Positions 9,597 through 19,773 of a DNA stretch of 64,000 nucleotides are shown one piece after another (within the stretch, counting starts at the first letter, position 1; every line of letters starts with the position of its first letter). Where the stretch lies: the NCBI GenBank assembly GCA_023254355.1, contig JALRLR010000001.1:2100-66099 (forward strand). The letters are read 5' to 3'. This stretch comes from Poseidonia sp. GTDB lineage: Archaea; Thermoplasmatota; Poseidoniia; Poseidoniales; Poseidoniaceae. The position numbers and the translations under genes are program-made. The notes under the pieces were generated by a model. That model saw only the letters and a program-made list of their open reading frames with translations, searched no databases and was not told where the DNA came from.

Positions 9597-10762
9597 GGAG
9601 CGGCCAACAAGGCCTCGATGTCCAGCAGGCCATACCCGTATTGGTCGTCATGGCCAACTTGGCCTTCATCAGGTTGTGCACTCTCCATGATCCAGCGTTT
9701 GACGGCATCGACGTTGTCCGCATTTCCGTTTGTTTCGCTGGGAATCAATTCGGGTTTGCTTTGCAGAAGCAGACAAATCGCACCGGTCACGTAGACCGTG
9801 GCGGCACTGGTGCCGTCGGCGAGTCCCCACGAGCCGTCGTTGAGCAAGACGGGGACACCTTCTGCCGGTGCCACGACCTCCGGTTTCTTGTCAGGGTCTG
9901 CCCGTGGCAGTAAAATGGGCAACGGGAGCAAGCGTCCGTTGTTATCGCCTCGCGACGACCCGGACCAATGCTTGCCTTGAATCGTGACGCCACCCACCGC
10001 AATGACACCCGCCTCGCTTGATGGGTGGGCCACGTCTCCGTCGTCTTCTGCTCCTCCATCGTTACCGGCCGCCGCAACGACGAAAATGCCAGCGTCGATG
10101 GCGTCGTTCGCTGCATCACCTGACGAGCGTCCAGAACCGAAGGAAAACGGCAGGATATCCGGTGCCCCTCCAAGGGAAAGTGAAATCACGTGGGCTCCTG
10201 ATTCAACGCACCAGTCGATGGCTTCGGCAACGGTTGCATCGTTCCCGCTTCCATCCCCGCTCAACGCTTTTCCGACGAGCAACTCCACGTCCCGAGCGAC
10301 GCCTTTCAACCAACCGTTGGCGACCAAAATGCCGGCCATCGATGTTCCGTGTCCGTGGTCGTCGTAGGGGGTTGTTCGACCGTTTACAAAATCCTTCCAT
10401 CCACTGAGTGTGACATCTGCAAGGTCACCGTGGTCAAGGTCGATTCCAGAGTCAATGATGCAGGCCACAACGCCTTCCCCTTGCATGGATTCTCCGGGAT
10501 GATTCACCATGGATTGGTACGATGCGTGTCGTTCAAGCGCTACTTCGCTGGGACGAAGAAGGACGGCGCCGTCCGTGAGAACGACCGCAGCGAGGTATCC
10601 TGCAGCGAGCACGAACGTGATGCCAAGCGTCAACGAAACGAGCATCCGTACGGCCCTCAAATCACTGGTGTCCTGTTGCGGTTGCAGGACAGCAAGGTTT
10701 TGCCACGGAGGAACGGGTCCTGCATCGTCGGGGGTTTCGCCCAATGGAACGTCGTTCTCCAT
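9587..10762 (-). CDS. Membrane-anchored S8 subtilisin-like serine peptidase
   Basis: Triad IIDSG / HGHGTSMAG / DGTSAAT, oxyanion AAAGND, YGYGLLD; one N-terminal TM helix. Confidence 0.92.
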   Translation of the reverse strand: MENDVPLGETPDDAGPVPPWQNLAVLQPQQDTSDLRAVRMLVSLTLGITFVLAAGYLAAVVLTDGAVLLRPSEVALERHASYQSMVNHPGESMQGEGVVACIIDSGIDLDHGDLADVTLSGWKDFVNGRTTPYDDHGHGTSMAGILVANGWLKGVARDVELLVGKALSGDGSGNDATVAEAIDWCVESGAHVISLSLGGAPDILPFSFGSGRSSGDAANDAIDAGIFVVAAAGNDGGAEDDGDVAHPSSEAGVIAVGGVTIQGKHWSGSSRGDNNGRLLPLPILLPRADPDKKPEVVAPAEGVPVLLNDGSWGLADGTSAATVYVTGAICLLLQSKPELIPSETNGNADNVDAVKRWIMESAQPDEGQVGHDDQYGYGLLDIEALLAAPQS

Positions 10763-10766
10763 GCGT

Positions 10767-11981
10767 TCACCCCAAGGTGTGGACAATCTCGGTGAGGGTG
10801 TCAACGAACCGGCGTACGTCCTCTTCGTTGTTGTAAAGATAGGCCGATGCCCGTAGAGAACCTTGTGGGTGTTGGCGGTCAGCAAACCAAGAATGAACGC
10901 AATGTTGCCCACTACGCACCATGACGCCCGCCGCTTCGTCGAGGAGCAGCGCCACTTCGTGTGCAGGAAGTCCATCCATCAGCAGTGAGCAAATGCCTCC
11001 CCGTTTTGAGGGGTCTTGAGGTCCGATGATGCTGAGGCCATGAAGATCCTTGACGCCATCGGTCATGATTCGGTTGAGCGCAATTTCATGTTCATGCACC
11101 GCACTCATGTCAAGTTTTGAGAGGTAGTCAATGGCCGCTCCCGTGGCCATCATACCGGAAAAGTTGCCAAGACCCCCCTCAAAACGTGCGGGAGGGTTCG
11201 CCCATTCAGCCTCTGTGTAGGTTGAATGGGTGACGGTTTGTCCGCCGGACTGAATGGTGCGCAGGCCGTCAAGGAGGTCGTACCTTCCCCAGAGCCCACC
11301 CATTCCTGATGGGCCGCACATTTTGTGGATTGAAAACGAGAGAAAATCAATCCCGAGAGCTTGGACATCCACGTCCATGTGCGGCGTGGATTGAGCGCCG
11401 TCCACGGCGACCAAGGCACCATGGTCGTGGGCAATTTTTGTTACTTCCGCTATGGGAATCGCCACGCCGTCGAGATTGCCGACGTGACTCATGGCTACCA
11501 TTCGAAGGCGACCGTTGGCATCATTGCACGCCTGTTCGAACGCCTCAAGGTCGAAGCTGTTGTCCTCCTGACTTCGTACGACACGGTGATCGATGCCTTG
11601 TTCTTGTTGAAGTTGGATCCACGGTACCAAGTTTGAGTTATGTTCACGGTCGGAGGTGAGGACAACGTCTCCTTTCTCCCACGACAGGCCGTGAGCGATT
11701 TGATTGATGGAGTGCGTGGCGTTACGAGTGAAGACGATTTCATTGGGGTTCTCGGCGTGAAGAAAATTGGCGACTTTGTTCCGGGCTGAACTCACACTTT
11801 TGGAAACCGCCGTCCCGTACCGGTGGACCGACCGTCCACCGCATCCTGGGGTGAGGGTATAGTAGTCGGTGATCGCTTGAATCACGCTGTTGGGTTTGAG
11901 GGTCACGCAGGCGTTGTCGAGGTAGGCAGGAGCGTCGTCGCCTGCAAGGGTTGGAAAATCGTCACGACATCGGTTTAGCAT
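10767..11981 (-). CDS. Class V PLP aminotransferase, SufS/CsdA-like cysteine desulfurase
   Basis: YLDNAC, FTRNATHSIN, EHNSNLVPW, VDGAQ, SIHKMCGPSG (PLP Lys), VRSGQHC (catalytic Cys), RASAYLYN. Confidence 0.9.
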   Translation of the reverse strand: MLNRCRDDFPTLAGDDAPAYLDNACVTLKPNSVIQAITDYYTLTPGCGGRSVHRYGTAVSKSVSSARNKVANFLHAENPNEIVFTRNATHSINQIAHGLSWEKGDVVLTSDREHNSNLVPWIQLQQEQGIDHRVVRSQEDNSFDLEAFEQACNDANGRLRMVAMSHVGNLDGVAIPIAEVTKIAHDHGALVAVDGAQSTPHMDVDVQALGIDFLSFSIHKMCGPSGMGGLWGRYDLLDGLRTIQSGGQTVTHSTYTEAEWANPPARFEGGLGNFSGMMATGAAIDYLSKLDMSAVHEHEIALNRIMTDGVKDLHGLSIIGPQDPSKRGGICSLLMDGLPAHEVALLLDEAAGVMVRSGQHCVHSWFADRQHPQGSLRASAYLYNNEEDVRRFVDTLTEIVHTLG

Positions 11982-11983
11982 CT

Positions 11984-13114
11984 TCACCACGCCTCCTGGT
12001 CGGGAAGATAATCCATTGCCGGAGCGTTCACGCCGCAGGACGTACAATCCAGACGGCTTGGCATGACGGCGGTGCAGGCGCTGCATGCCGTGCCGATGAT
12101 GACCTTCGCCGAACAACCATCTGCAAGACATGGATGAGTAATCGCACCTTTCTCGTTGCGAACAAGCTTGGAGGGTGCCCCACAATCGGGGCATGAGGCG
12201 CGATGATTGGGTTCATCGGAGGGGCCTTCCATTTCCAGCGCAGCGTCAACCGCTGCCCGTGTTCGAACACGAGTTTGGTTGCCGAGCATTCGCTGCGGAT
12301 ACCACAGGACGAGGAACAAAATGGGGACGGCAGGAAGGCCGGTCAGCAAATGCAGCACGAGGAATCCATAGTTGGAATCACCGTAAGCAGCCACGTGGTG
12401 CATCCCTGCCCAAGAGGAAACGGTGATCAATCCCACCCAGAGTCCAAACAAGCCGGTCCATCCTTTGAGGGAATGTTCCGCCAATTCCGCTTCCATGACT
12501 CGAACGTCTTCGTGAAGGTGGTGCACCTCAACGTGGAGGTCTCGGGTCTCGACCACCGCCTTCCAAAAGAAGAACAAGAAAAAGCAGACCACCAACAAGA
12601 TGAGCGTCCCCTCCATCATGTCCGACAGGTTCAATCCAATCGGGAACCTTGCGTTGTTTCGGTGATAGAATATTTGCGCCCCCATCATGCCGTTCCACAT
12701 GACCAGCAAGGAAATCGCATGCACCCGCATGACGGGAAAGAAGGTCCACACGCGGTAGGTAAACCAAGCCCAACACAAAATGGAAACCAAGAACTGGAAG
12801 AAGTGGAAGCCGTTGATGGCCAACAATCCTTCAAGGCCACTCGACCTTGCATCCCCTCCGTCCCAGAGTTCGGCTGAAATGGACCCAAGCGCCAACGCCA
12901 ACATACCGAACGCCATCGTCATGTAGTGCTCTTTTTTCCATTCTGCCCTGAGCAATTTGTACTGGAAATGCCACTCTCTACGGAGGGTGTTCAACGGTTC
13001 GGAAAGCGGGATGTTTGGTGGGAACGGTTTTTCCAATTTCATCATGGCCAAGCGAAATGGAAGTTTTTCATGAGGGATGAAGGCGGCCTCCTCAACCTGC
13101 CCCTCTTCGCTCAT
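11984..13114 (-). CDS. Hypothetical polytopic membrane protein with C-terminal multi-CxxC zinc ribbon
   Basis: About 6 hydrophobic segments; CPDC...C...C...CSAC...CTSC tail. Confidence 0.75.
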   Translation of the reverse strand: MSEEGQVEEAAFIPHEKLPFRLAMMKLEKPFPPNIPLSEPLNTLRREWHFQYKLLRAEWKKEHYMTMAFGMLALALGSISAELWDGGDARSSGLEGLLAINGFHFFQFLVSILCWAWFTYRVWTFFPVMRVHAISLLVMWNGMMGAQIFYHRNNARFPIGLNLSDMMEGTLILLVVCFFLFFFWKAVVETRDLHVEVHHLHEDVRVMEAELAEHSLKGWTGLFGLWVGLITVSSWAGMHHVAAYGDSNYGFLVLHLLTGLPAVPILFLVLWYPQRMLGNQTRVRTRAAVDAALEMEGPSDEPNHRASCPDCGAPSKLVRNEKGAITHPCLADGCSAKVIIGTACSACTAVMPSRLDCTSCGVNAPAMDYLPDQEAW

Positions 13115-13218
13115 GGTCACCGCTTGAGGTCGCCCCTTTGAGTCCTTTCGCTCGGAGGTTTTCTCGTTGAGGCGAAAGCGTGATGGTTAAACGAAGAACG
13201 GGGCTCGCCCGAACAAGA

Positions 13219-13305
13219 GCCGAGATCGCATAGCCTGGTAGTGCGCGCGACTGGAAATCGCGTGGGCCCGTTCCCTCGGGAGTTCAAATCTCTCTCTCGG
13301 CGCCA
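13219..13305 (+). tRNA. tRNA-Ser(GGA), CCA encoded, no intron
   Basis: Acceptor GCCGAGA/TCTCGGC, anticodon arm CGCGA-CTGGAAA-TCGCG, long variable arm, T-loop GTTCAAATC, 3' GCCA. Confidence 0.96.
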
Positions 13306-13353
13306 ATTTTTCCCTCGTTGGCCGTAGGACACCGCAACCTCCATGACTGGACG

Positions 13354-14901
13354 ATGGCAGGAGAATGCGTGAACGACGTTCAACGCCTTCCTTCGAGACG
13401 TTGGCTGATGTTGTTTTTGGTGGCGATAGGGCTTCAATTCTTGGGAATACTGAACAGCGACTTGGGCCTGGACTCCCACGTCCGCTTGAACGCATTGAAC
13501 GACGTGAGCAAGGAGGGACACGACTTGGCCTGGGGCCCCCTACGCGTCTCCGATTCCTCCACTCAAGGAAGCGGAAACACGGTGGTTTACGATGGATACA
13601 TACCTCCCTGGAACACCTCGCCGTTAGCGTTTCAACTTACGGCGGCCATCTCGTTGGGTGGTGTGGCACTCTTGGCTGCCGTTGGACCAAAGGACGATTC
13701 CGGTCGAGTGACCTTGGTTCCTGCGTACGCACTCGTGGTCTTGCTCAGTCCAGTCTTCCTCTTTGCAACGAGTCGAGGATACGATGAGGCCATCTTGGCC
13801 CTTTTTGGTGGCGTTGCATTGGTCGGTTTTGCCTTTGGTGATTCGCCTTCGGTTCATCGACTGAGGCTCCACGTGGCCTGGATGGCCACCAGCCTTCTTC
13901 CCATCATGGCCTGGAAGGGGTTCCCCTTGCTCATGGCGTTCGGTGTTTGGCTGGGAGCGTTGGTGCTTGGCATGGGCTGGGTGGCGTGGCACCAACACGC
14001 ATCGGCTCGTTCAGAAGCGCCATTGACGTCTCATCCATGGGTGATGGCGGCCTTGGCAAGCACGGGTTGCCTCCTCGTCTTGGTTCTTCTCTCGCTTGGA
14101 ACCCAAGGCGGGACCTTCGCCATCGTTTTCGAGGAACCCCTGAAATTTTTGTTCGCCCTTTTCTTCGCAGTGATTGATGCGGTCGGTCTTTACCTCCTCA
14201 TCGGTTTGGCACTTTGGCCGCTGATCAGTGAAAAGGGGTCATCTCTCCTCAACGCACGGTCACCCGAATTGAGCTTGTTAACGATGTACATCTCCGGACT
14301 TTTAACGGCCATTATCTTCTACATCGCCGCCCTTTGGAGCCTGGAATCGACCCTATGGGGGCGCTCGATGACCGAAATCATGGTGGTATTAGGGAACAAC
14401 GGACGCTATGCGACCTGTTTGGTGCTGCCGATTCTCATGGTTCTGAAATGGCCTCGTTCCAAGGGTGAGTCATCCAATCGTTGGCCCCAACACTTAACCG
14501 CTGCGCTCGCCGTTTTGGTGCCGTTCATCTTGTTCACCTCTCTGATTGGTCATCAATTGTGGTCCGAAGATGCAGGGGTCGCTGCCGCTGAAGCTTGGCA
14601 GGACGGTGATGAGCAATTTTTGTTAATCGCTCCCGAGACGTTGGCCATGCACCATCTGTACGTCATGAAAACCCACCTTGATTTGGACGGAACGGTGGGC
14701 ATCCAAGGCCACTGGAGAACCGAGGACACGGCCTCGACCTTTCTGCTTAATGCGTCTCCCGACCTCATCGTACTTGCCCCTCATGTCACGTACTCATTGG
14801 ACCCGTTGGAGTATGAACGGGTGGGTGATTCGAGCGTTCCCGTGACGGTTCCGGGTGGCATCCAGAGCGGTGGTTGGCAACTCTACCGTTCCTTACCCTA
14901 A
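13354..14901 (+). CDS. Hypothetical polytopic membrane protein, possibly GT-C-fold glycosyltransferase-like
   Basis: About 12 TM segments, acidic residue in the first loop (GLDSH), SRGYDE, NNGRY, soluble C-terminal domain; GT-C call is inferred from topology only. Confidence 0.7.
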   Translation: MAGECVNDVQRLPSRRWLMLFLVAIGLQFLGILNSDLGLDSHVRLNALNDVSKEGHDLAWGPLRVSDSSTQGSGNTVVYDGYIPPWNTSPLAFQLTAAISLGGVALLAAVGPKDDSGRVTLVPAYALVVLLSPVFLFATSRGYDEAILALFGGVALVGFAFGDSPSVHRLRLHVAWMATSLLPIMAWKGFPLLMAFGVWLGALVLGMGWVAWHQHASARSEAPLTSHPWVMAALASTGCLLVLVLLSLGTQGGTFAIVFEEPLKFLFALFFAVIDAVGLYLLIGLALWPLISEKGSSLLNARSPELSLLTMYISGLLTAIIFYIAALWSLESTLWGRSMTEIMVVLGNNGRYATCLVLPILMVLKWPRSKGESSNRWPQHLTAALAVLVPFILFTSLIGHQLWSEDAGVAAAEAWQDGDEQFLLIAPETLAMHHLYVMKTHLDLDGTVGIQGHWRTEDTASTFLLNASPDLIVLAPHVTYSLDPLEYERVGDSSVPVTVPGGIQSGGWQLYRSLP

Positions 14902-14952
14902 TCACCTCGTTCGCGAAGTGATTATATTCATTTGGTGGGTGGGCAGACCACT

Positions 14953-15027
14953 GCCACCGTGGCTTAGGGGTATAGCACCTCATTGGTAATGAGGAGGTCG
15001 CGAGTTCAAATCTCGCCGGTGGCTCCA
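14953..15027 (+). tRNA. tRNA-Thr(GGT), CCA encoded, no intron
   Basis: Acceptor GCCACCG/CGGTGGC, anticodon arm CCTCA-TTGGTAA-TGAGG, T-loop GTTCAAATC; TATA-like ATTATATT at 14921-14928. Confidence 0.96.
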
Positions 15028-15138
15028 CTTCGCCTTATTCCTTGGGTTTGCAAATCCGAAGAATTCCCTTCACCCGACCTCAATCTATAAGAGGCGACTT
15101 TTGAGTTAGAGACCTGAGAAGGCAACTTCTCAGATGGG

Positions 15139-15330
15139 ATGCACATGGAGCGCAAGCAAGAACGAGAAGATGAAATGAGACAACGAGTCAAGGATTTGCA
15201 ACATCAAGTTGACGAATTGAAAGAATTGGTGAACACCCTGCTTAGCGTGATCGTTGAGGAGCCTGACGGCGTTCACAGTGGAGCTGCACCAACCTTGCCA
15301 GGGCAAGGAATGATGCAAGTCTGCATGTGA
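15139..15330 (+). CDS. Small coiled-coil hypothetical protein
   Basis: Heptad-like EMRQRVKDLQHQVDELKELVNTLL; fills the gap, stop abuts the rtcB stop; TATA-like TCTATAA upstream. Confidence 0.65.
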   Translation: MHMERKQEREDEMRQRVKDLQHQVDELKELVNTLLSVIVEEPDGVHSGAAPTLPGQGMMQVCM

Positions 15331-16806
15331 TCATCCCTTGATCACGGCAAGTGGATTCATTCTCGCGACCGGTCGAGCAAGGCCTGCCCTCTGGGTCAGT
15401 TTGATCACATCGTCCACGTTTTTGTAGGCATCAGGCGCCTCCTCAGAAAGTACGTTGGGCGTGGATGCATGAACGCGAATTCCTCGGTTCTCGAGGTCGC
15501 GTTTCAACGTTTTTCCATCGAGCAATTTCTTGGCCTGCGCTCGTGAGAGCGCACGACCGGCACCGTGGCACGATGAGCCAAAGGCTTGGTTGCTGCCGTT
15601 GATGGGGCCGGCCATCACCCACGACCCCGTCCCCATGTCACCTGGAACGACCACCGGTTGCCCCGTGGTTGAGAAAACGGAAGCCACCTCGGGATGGTCG
15701 CCACCAAATGCACGGGTGGCACCTTTGCGATGCACGCAACAGGTGCATCCCTTCCCGTTCACATGATGGTCTTCTACTTTGGCGATGTTGTGCGCCACGT
15801 CGTACAGTGTTCGTGCCTCACCATCAACCCCCAACTCCAAGCGCAGGACCGTTCGCAGACGTTCCGCCAATACGGCTCGGTTCGCGAAGGCAAAATTTGC
15901 AGCGGCATTCATGGCGTCAAGGTAGGCTTGACCCTCTCTGGAGTGGATGGGTGCAGCTGCCAACTGGCGGTCCGCCAAGGTGTACCCCCAGGCATCGTTG
16001 GTCCAACCTTGGTCCGTCTGTCGGTAGGTGCTTTCCAGGCTCCGCACATGGTCGGTGCAAACTTGGTGGCCTAAGCCTCGACTTCCGGAGTGAATCATGG
16101 CGACCAGTTGATGTTCGTGAAGTCCCCACGCCGTTGCCGTTCGCTCGTCCACGACCTGTCCAACGGTTTGGAGTTCAAGGAAATGGTTGCCGCTTCCAAG
16201 CGTTCCCAACGACTTGAGGCCTCGCTCTACGGCTCGTTGTGAAACATTCGCTTCCTGGGTGGGCAGGCATCCCTTCGATTCCAACATGGGTAGGTCGCTG
16301 TCAAGGCCGAAACCCAAGTCAAGGGCAGCCGAGGCGCCGCCCATCAACAATTCATTGAGGTCCTGCCTTGAAAGGTCGACCCCGCCTTTCCCCGAACCAC
16401 CAGCGGGTATTCTACCGGCTAAGCGGCCTGCGAGTTTTTTCAGGTTGGGGATGTCGTCTTTGGTGGCGTCCAACGCCAAAAAACGAACGCCGCAATTGAT
16501 GTCAAAGCCCACGCCACCGGGTGAAACCGCTCCACCCAATTCCCCTTCGTTGACATCGGTGGCCACCACGCCACCGATGGGGAATCCGTAGCCATAATGC
16601 CAATCCGCCATCGCCCATGCCTCTCCGACAATGCCGGGTAGGCTGGCCGTGTTGACGAGTTGCTCGGGGCCACGATCGTCTCCGTGACGCATCATGTGCC
16701 CCATATCCGTCACCAGGCGAGCGTCAACCCGCATCGCCCCGTGGGCTTTGATTCGCATCGTGCCGTCCCCCTCATCCACGAGGTGGTCCCGCCATGATGC
16801 ATCCAT
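15331..16806 (-). CDS. rtcB: RNA-splicing ligase RtcB
   Basis: DWHYGYGFPIGG, VGFDINCGVR, GSGNHFLE, HSGSRGLGH, HNIAK, HRKGATRAF, PGDMG, SSCHGAGR, EEAPDAYK. Confidence 0.97.
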   Translation of the reverse strand: MDASWRDHLVDEGDGTMRIKAHGAMRVDARLVTDMGHMMRHGDDRGPEQLVNTASLPGIVGEAWAMADWHYGYGFPIGGVVATDVNEGELGGAVSPGGVGFDINCGVRFLALDATKDDIPNLKKLAGRLAGRIPAGGSGKGGVDLSRQDLNELLMGGASAALDLGFGLDSDLPMLESKGCLPTQEANVSQRAVERGLKSLGTLGSGNHFLELQTVGQVVDERTATAWGLHEHQLVAMIHSGSRGLGHQVCTDHVRSLESTYRQTDQGWTNDAWGYTLADRQLAAAPIHSREGQAYLDAMNAAANFAFANRAVLAERLRTVLRLELGVDGEARTLYDVAHNIAKVEDHHVNGKGCTCCVHRKGATRAFGGDHPEVASVFSTTGQPVVVPGDMGTGSWVMAGPINGSNQAFGSSCHGAGRALSRAQAKKLLDGKTLKRDLENRGIRVHASTPNVLSEEAPDAYKNVDDVIKLTQRAGLARPVARMNPLAVIKG

Positions 16807-16932
16807 GTCAAACCGTCCCGCTCGTTGGTTTTGAGCCTTTTTGCAACGGCCAAAATTGCCTCCTTGTCATCATAGCCTTGAAAGGGGGACTCGCTTTGGA
16901 ATGAGCATCCTCCTCGGAAGGACGTTGACGGT

Positions 16933-19770
16933 ATGGCACTTCCACCCATTGACCTCGCCGTTTTCCACCACAACGGATTCGTCCGAAAACAGTGCGCGGT
17001 GACGGATCTATGGTTTTGGACGTCCGATGAACATCGAACGACCTGCGGTGACACCTCCGAGGACGAATACACGTTCATTGGTGCACCGTTGATTTCAGGA
17101 TTTGACCAACGAGGGAAAGCCCTGAAAGATGCCATGCGTGAGGCCTTTCTCTCGTTTTTTGAAAACGTCGACCACACCCGAATTGACCCCTATCCGGTGT
17201 TGGCCCGATGGCGTGATGACATTCACCTGACCATCGCCTCGATTGCAGACTTCCAACCCCATGTCACCTCGGGCTTGGTCCAACCGCCAGCCAATCCCCT
17301 GGCCGTTTCCCAACCCTGCATTCGACTGACCGATGTGGATGCTGTCGGGCGCTCTGGGCGCCACTTGACAACCTTTGAGATGATGGCCCATCACGTGTTC
17401 AATCGTCCCGCTGAAGGGGAAGAAATCTATTGGATGGAAACATGCGTCGAGCATTGCCATACCATGTTGACCGACACGTTCGGTATTGATTCATCCGAGA
17501 TCACGTATGTGGAAAACCCATGGTGCGGCGGAGGCAATGCTGGAGCAGCCGTGGAAGTGATCGTCGGTGGGCTCGAGTTGGCCACCTTGGTGTTCATGGA
17601 CATGGAAGAACATCCCGAGGGCGATGTTGAGTTGAAGGGTGATCGATACCGTAAGATGCCCTTGCAAATCATCGACACCGGGTATGGACTTGAACGATTT
17701 TGCTGGGCGGCGGCCGGCACACCAACCATTTACGAGGCCATTTACCCTGAATCCGTTGACTGGTTGAAATCACTTTCAAAGTTTGATGATGTGGCGAAGC
17801 AATGGCCTTCGATCGACCTTGATCGTCTCCTCAGTGAAATGAGTCGCCTGAACGGCATCATGAACATCGAAGCCGGGGTTGACGGTGACAAACTGGTCAG
17901 TCTCTTCCTGACCCGACTTCAGGACCGAGGCATCGAACTCACGGCCGAACAATTTACGGGCATCACGGAGCCCCTGTCCAACATCTATGCCATCCCGGAC
18001 CATTTGCATGCTCTGTGCAACATGCTTGGAGACGGTTTGGTCCCGTCAAACGCCAAAGCCGGTTACCTTGCCAGGATGCTTGCTCGTCGGGTGCTGAGAA
18101 TGCGGGATGAATTGGGACTTGATGTTCCCTTGAGCGACCTTGCTGAACATCACCTCGATGTTAACCTGGGTGGACATCTCAACAAGCAACACCGAGAAGG
18201 GTTGTTGGAAATTCTGACCCTTGAGGAGGAACGATACGTTGAGATGCTTCGGAAGGGTGTCCAAGTGTTGCAAACACAACTCAAAAGTCTGGACAAAGGT
18301 GCAGAATCCATTCCCGACGAAGATTTGTTTACGCTCAACGATTCACACGGCTTGGCCCCCGACATGGCGGTAGCCTTGGCACGAAAGGCCGGTTGGACTC
18401 AGGTCGCCTTGCGAACCGGTTTTTCGGCAGAGATGGCTGAACGCCACGCACGTTTGGCCAAAGAAGCCGCCCGTGAACCCCCCTCAACCGGAACCGAATA
18501 CATGACCGATGACCTTCCAGCGACCGTAACGGACTATTACGACGATGTCTATGCGCAGACGGCCACGTCAAAGGTGATCGCCTGTTTTGAGCGTCACGGG
18601 GCAGAGGGTGAATTTGCAGTGGTGCTGGACCGCACCCTGTTCTATCCCGAAGGCGGGGGGCAGGAGGGTGACCGAGGAACCCTTGCTCAGGGCGATTCAA
18701 TGGTTCATGTGCTTGACACTCAGAAACTGGGTGACGTGATTCTTCACTTTACCAACGGTCGGTTGACCGTTGGAGAACCGGTGGAAATCCGGCTGGATTG
18801 GCAGCGCCGAAAGCAATTGATGGACCACCACACGGCCGTCCACATCGTTGGGGGAGCGGCCAGACATTTGTTAGGCCCCCACATCTTTCAAGCAGGTTCT
18901 CACCTCTCCGTAGAAAGCGGTCGTTTGGACATCACGCACTTCCATCGACTGACACGCGATGACCTCGACGCCATGGAAACCATGGCCAATCAAGTGCTGG
19001 CATCGGTCGCCTCAACCGAAAAATCCGAACTCAATCGAAAAGATGCTGACCTTGTCCACGGATTTGATTTGTATCAGGGGGGTGCCCCGAAGGGCGATTC
19101 GATTCGAATTTTGAAAATCGCTGAACACGACACTCAGGCCTGCGGGGGAACTCACCACGATGAACCGGGTCAAATCGGGTCCATTCGCATCGTTCGTTCA
19201 ACCGCCGTTCAAGACGGTGTTGAGCGGTTGCACATTGTTGCAGGGGAAGCAGCGTTGGCCTATGCCCGTTCGCAAGACGAATTGCTGCGCTCATCGGCCG
19301 AGGTGTTTGGGGTTCATCAGGACGATTTACCAAAAGCTGCAGCTCGATTCTTCAAGGAATGGAAGGAACAGCGGAAGACGATTGAACATCTTGAATCTGA
19401 AATCGTTCGCCTTCGCACCAGCGGTGGGGGTGATGCCTCCTCTGAATTGGACGGTGTTCGGGTTGTCGTGATGGAAATTGACGGTGATTTGAAATCGATG
19501 ACCACGATGCTCAAGGAACTCACGTTGGACCAAAACCAACCCACCTTGGCCGTGCTGGGCTCCCGTGATGGTGGTGGAAAATTGATGGTCGGGATCACGG
19601 ATGGGACGGTTGCCTCCGAGCGCTACAACGCTGTCGACTTGCTTCGCTCGATTTCACCCCACATCAACGGGGGAGGCGGAGGTCGACCAACTTTCGCTCA
19701 GGGCGGCGGTTCAAACGCAGACGGCTTGCCCGATGCACTTCAGGCCGCTCGCGAGATGCTCGGTCTTTGA
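16933..19770 (+). CDS. alaS: Alanine--tRNA ligase (archaeal type)
   Basis: ARWRDDIHLTIASIADFQP, PPANPL..SQPCIRL, IDTGYGLER, editing HHTAVH and QACGGTH, C-Ala GGGGGRPTFAQGGG. Confidence 0.98.
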   Translation: MALPPIDLAVFHHNGFVRKQCAVTDLWFWTSDEHRTTCGDTSEDEYTFIGAPLISGFDQRGKALKDAMREAFLSFFENVDHTRIDPYPVLARWRDDIHLTIASIADFQPHVTSGLVQPPANPLAVSQPCIRLTDVDAVGRSGRHLTTFEMMAHHVFNRPAEGEEIYWMETCVEHCHTMLTDTFGIDSSEITYVENPWCGGGNAGAAVEVIVGGLELATLVFMDMEEHPEGDVELKGDRYRKMPLQIIDTGYGLERFCWAAAGTPTIYEAIYPESVDWLKSLSKFDDVAKQWPSIDLDRLLSEMSRLNGIMNIEAGVDGDKLVSLFLTRLQDRGIELTAEQFTGITEPLSNIYAIPDHLHALCNMLGDGLVPSNAKAGYLARMLARRVLRMRDELGLDVPLSDLAEHHLDVNLGGHLNKQHREGLLEILTLEEERYVEMLRKGVQVLQTQLKSLDKGAESIPDEDLFTLNDSHGLAPDMAVALARKAGWTQVALRTGFSAEMAERHARLAKEAAREPPSTGTEYMTDDLPATVTDYYDDVYAQTATSKVIACFERHGAEGEFAVVLDRTLFYPEGGGQEGDRGTLAQGDSMVHVLDTQKLGDVILHFTNGRLTVGEPVEIRLDWQRRKQLMDHHTAVHIVGGAARHLLGPHIFQAGSHLSVESGRLDITHFHRLTRDDLDAMETMANQVLASVASTEKSELNRKDADLVHGFDLYQGGAPKGDSIRILKIAEHDTQACGGTHHDEPGQIGSIRIVRSTAVQDGVERLHIVAGEAALAYARSQDELLRSSAEVFGVHQDDLPKAAARFFKEWKEQRKTIEHLESEIVRLRTSGGGDASSELDGVRVVVMEIDGDLKSMTTMLKELTLDQNQPTLAVLGSRDGGGKLMVGITDGTVASERYNAVDLLRSISPHINGGGGGRPTFAQGGGSNADGLPDALQAAREMLGL

Positions 19771-19773
19771 GGC

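Noticed and set aside
10175..10185. Exact TTTCACTTTCC (minus strand) matching the candidate damage box
   Set aside because: Lies within the S8 peptidase coding sequence (codons for ISLS of the conserved VISLSLG motif); treated as a chance hit and as a caveat for the motif claim.
13219..15027. Integrated element at the tRNA genes
   Set aside because: No integrase and no duplicated tRNA 3' end found by eye.
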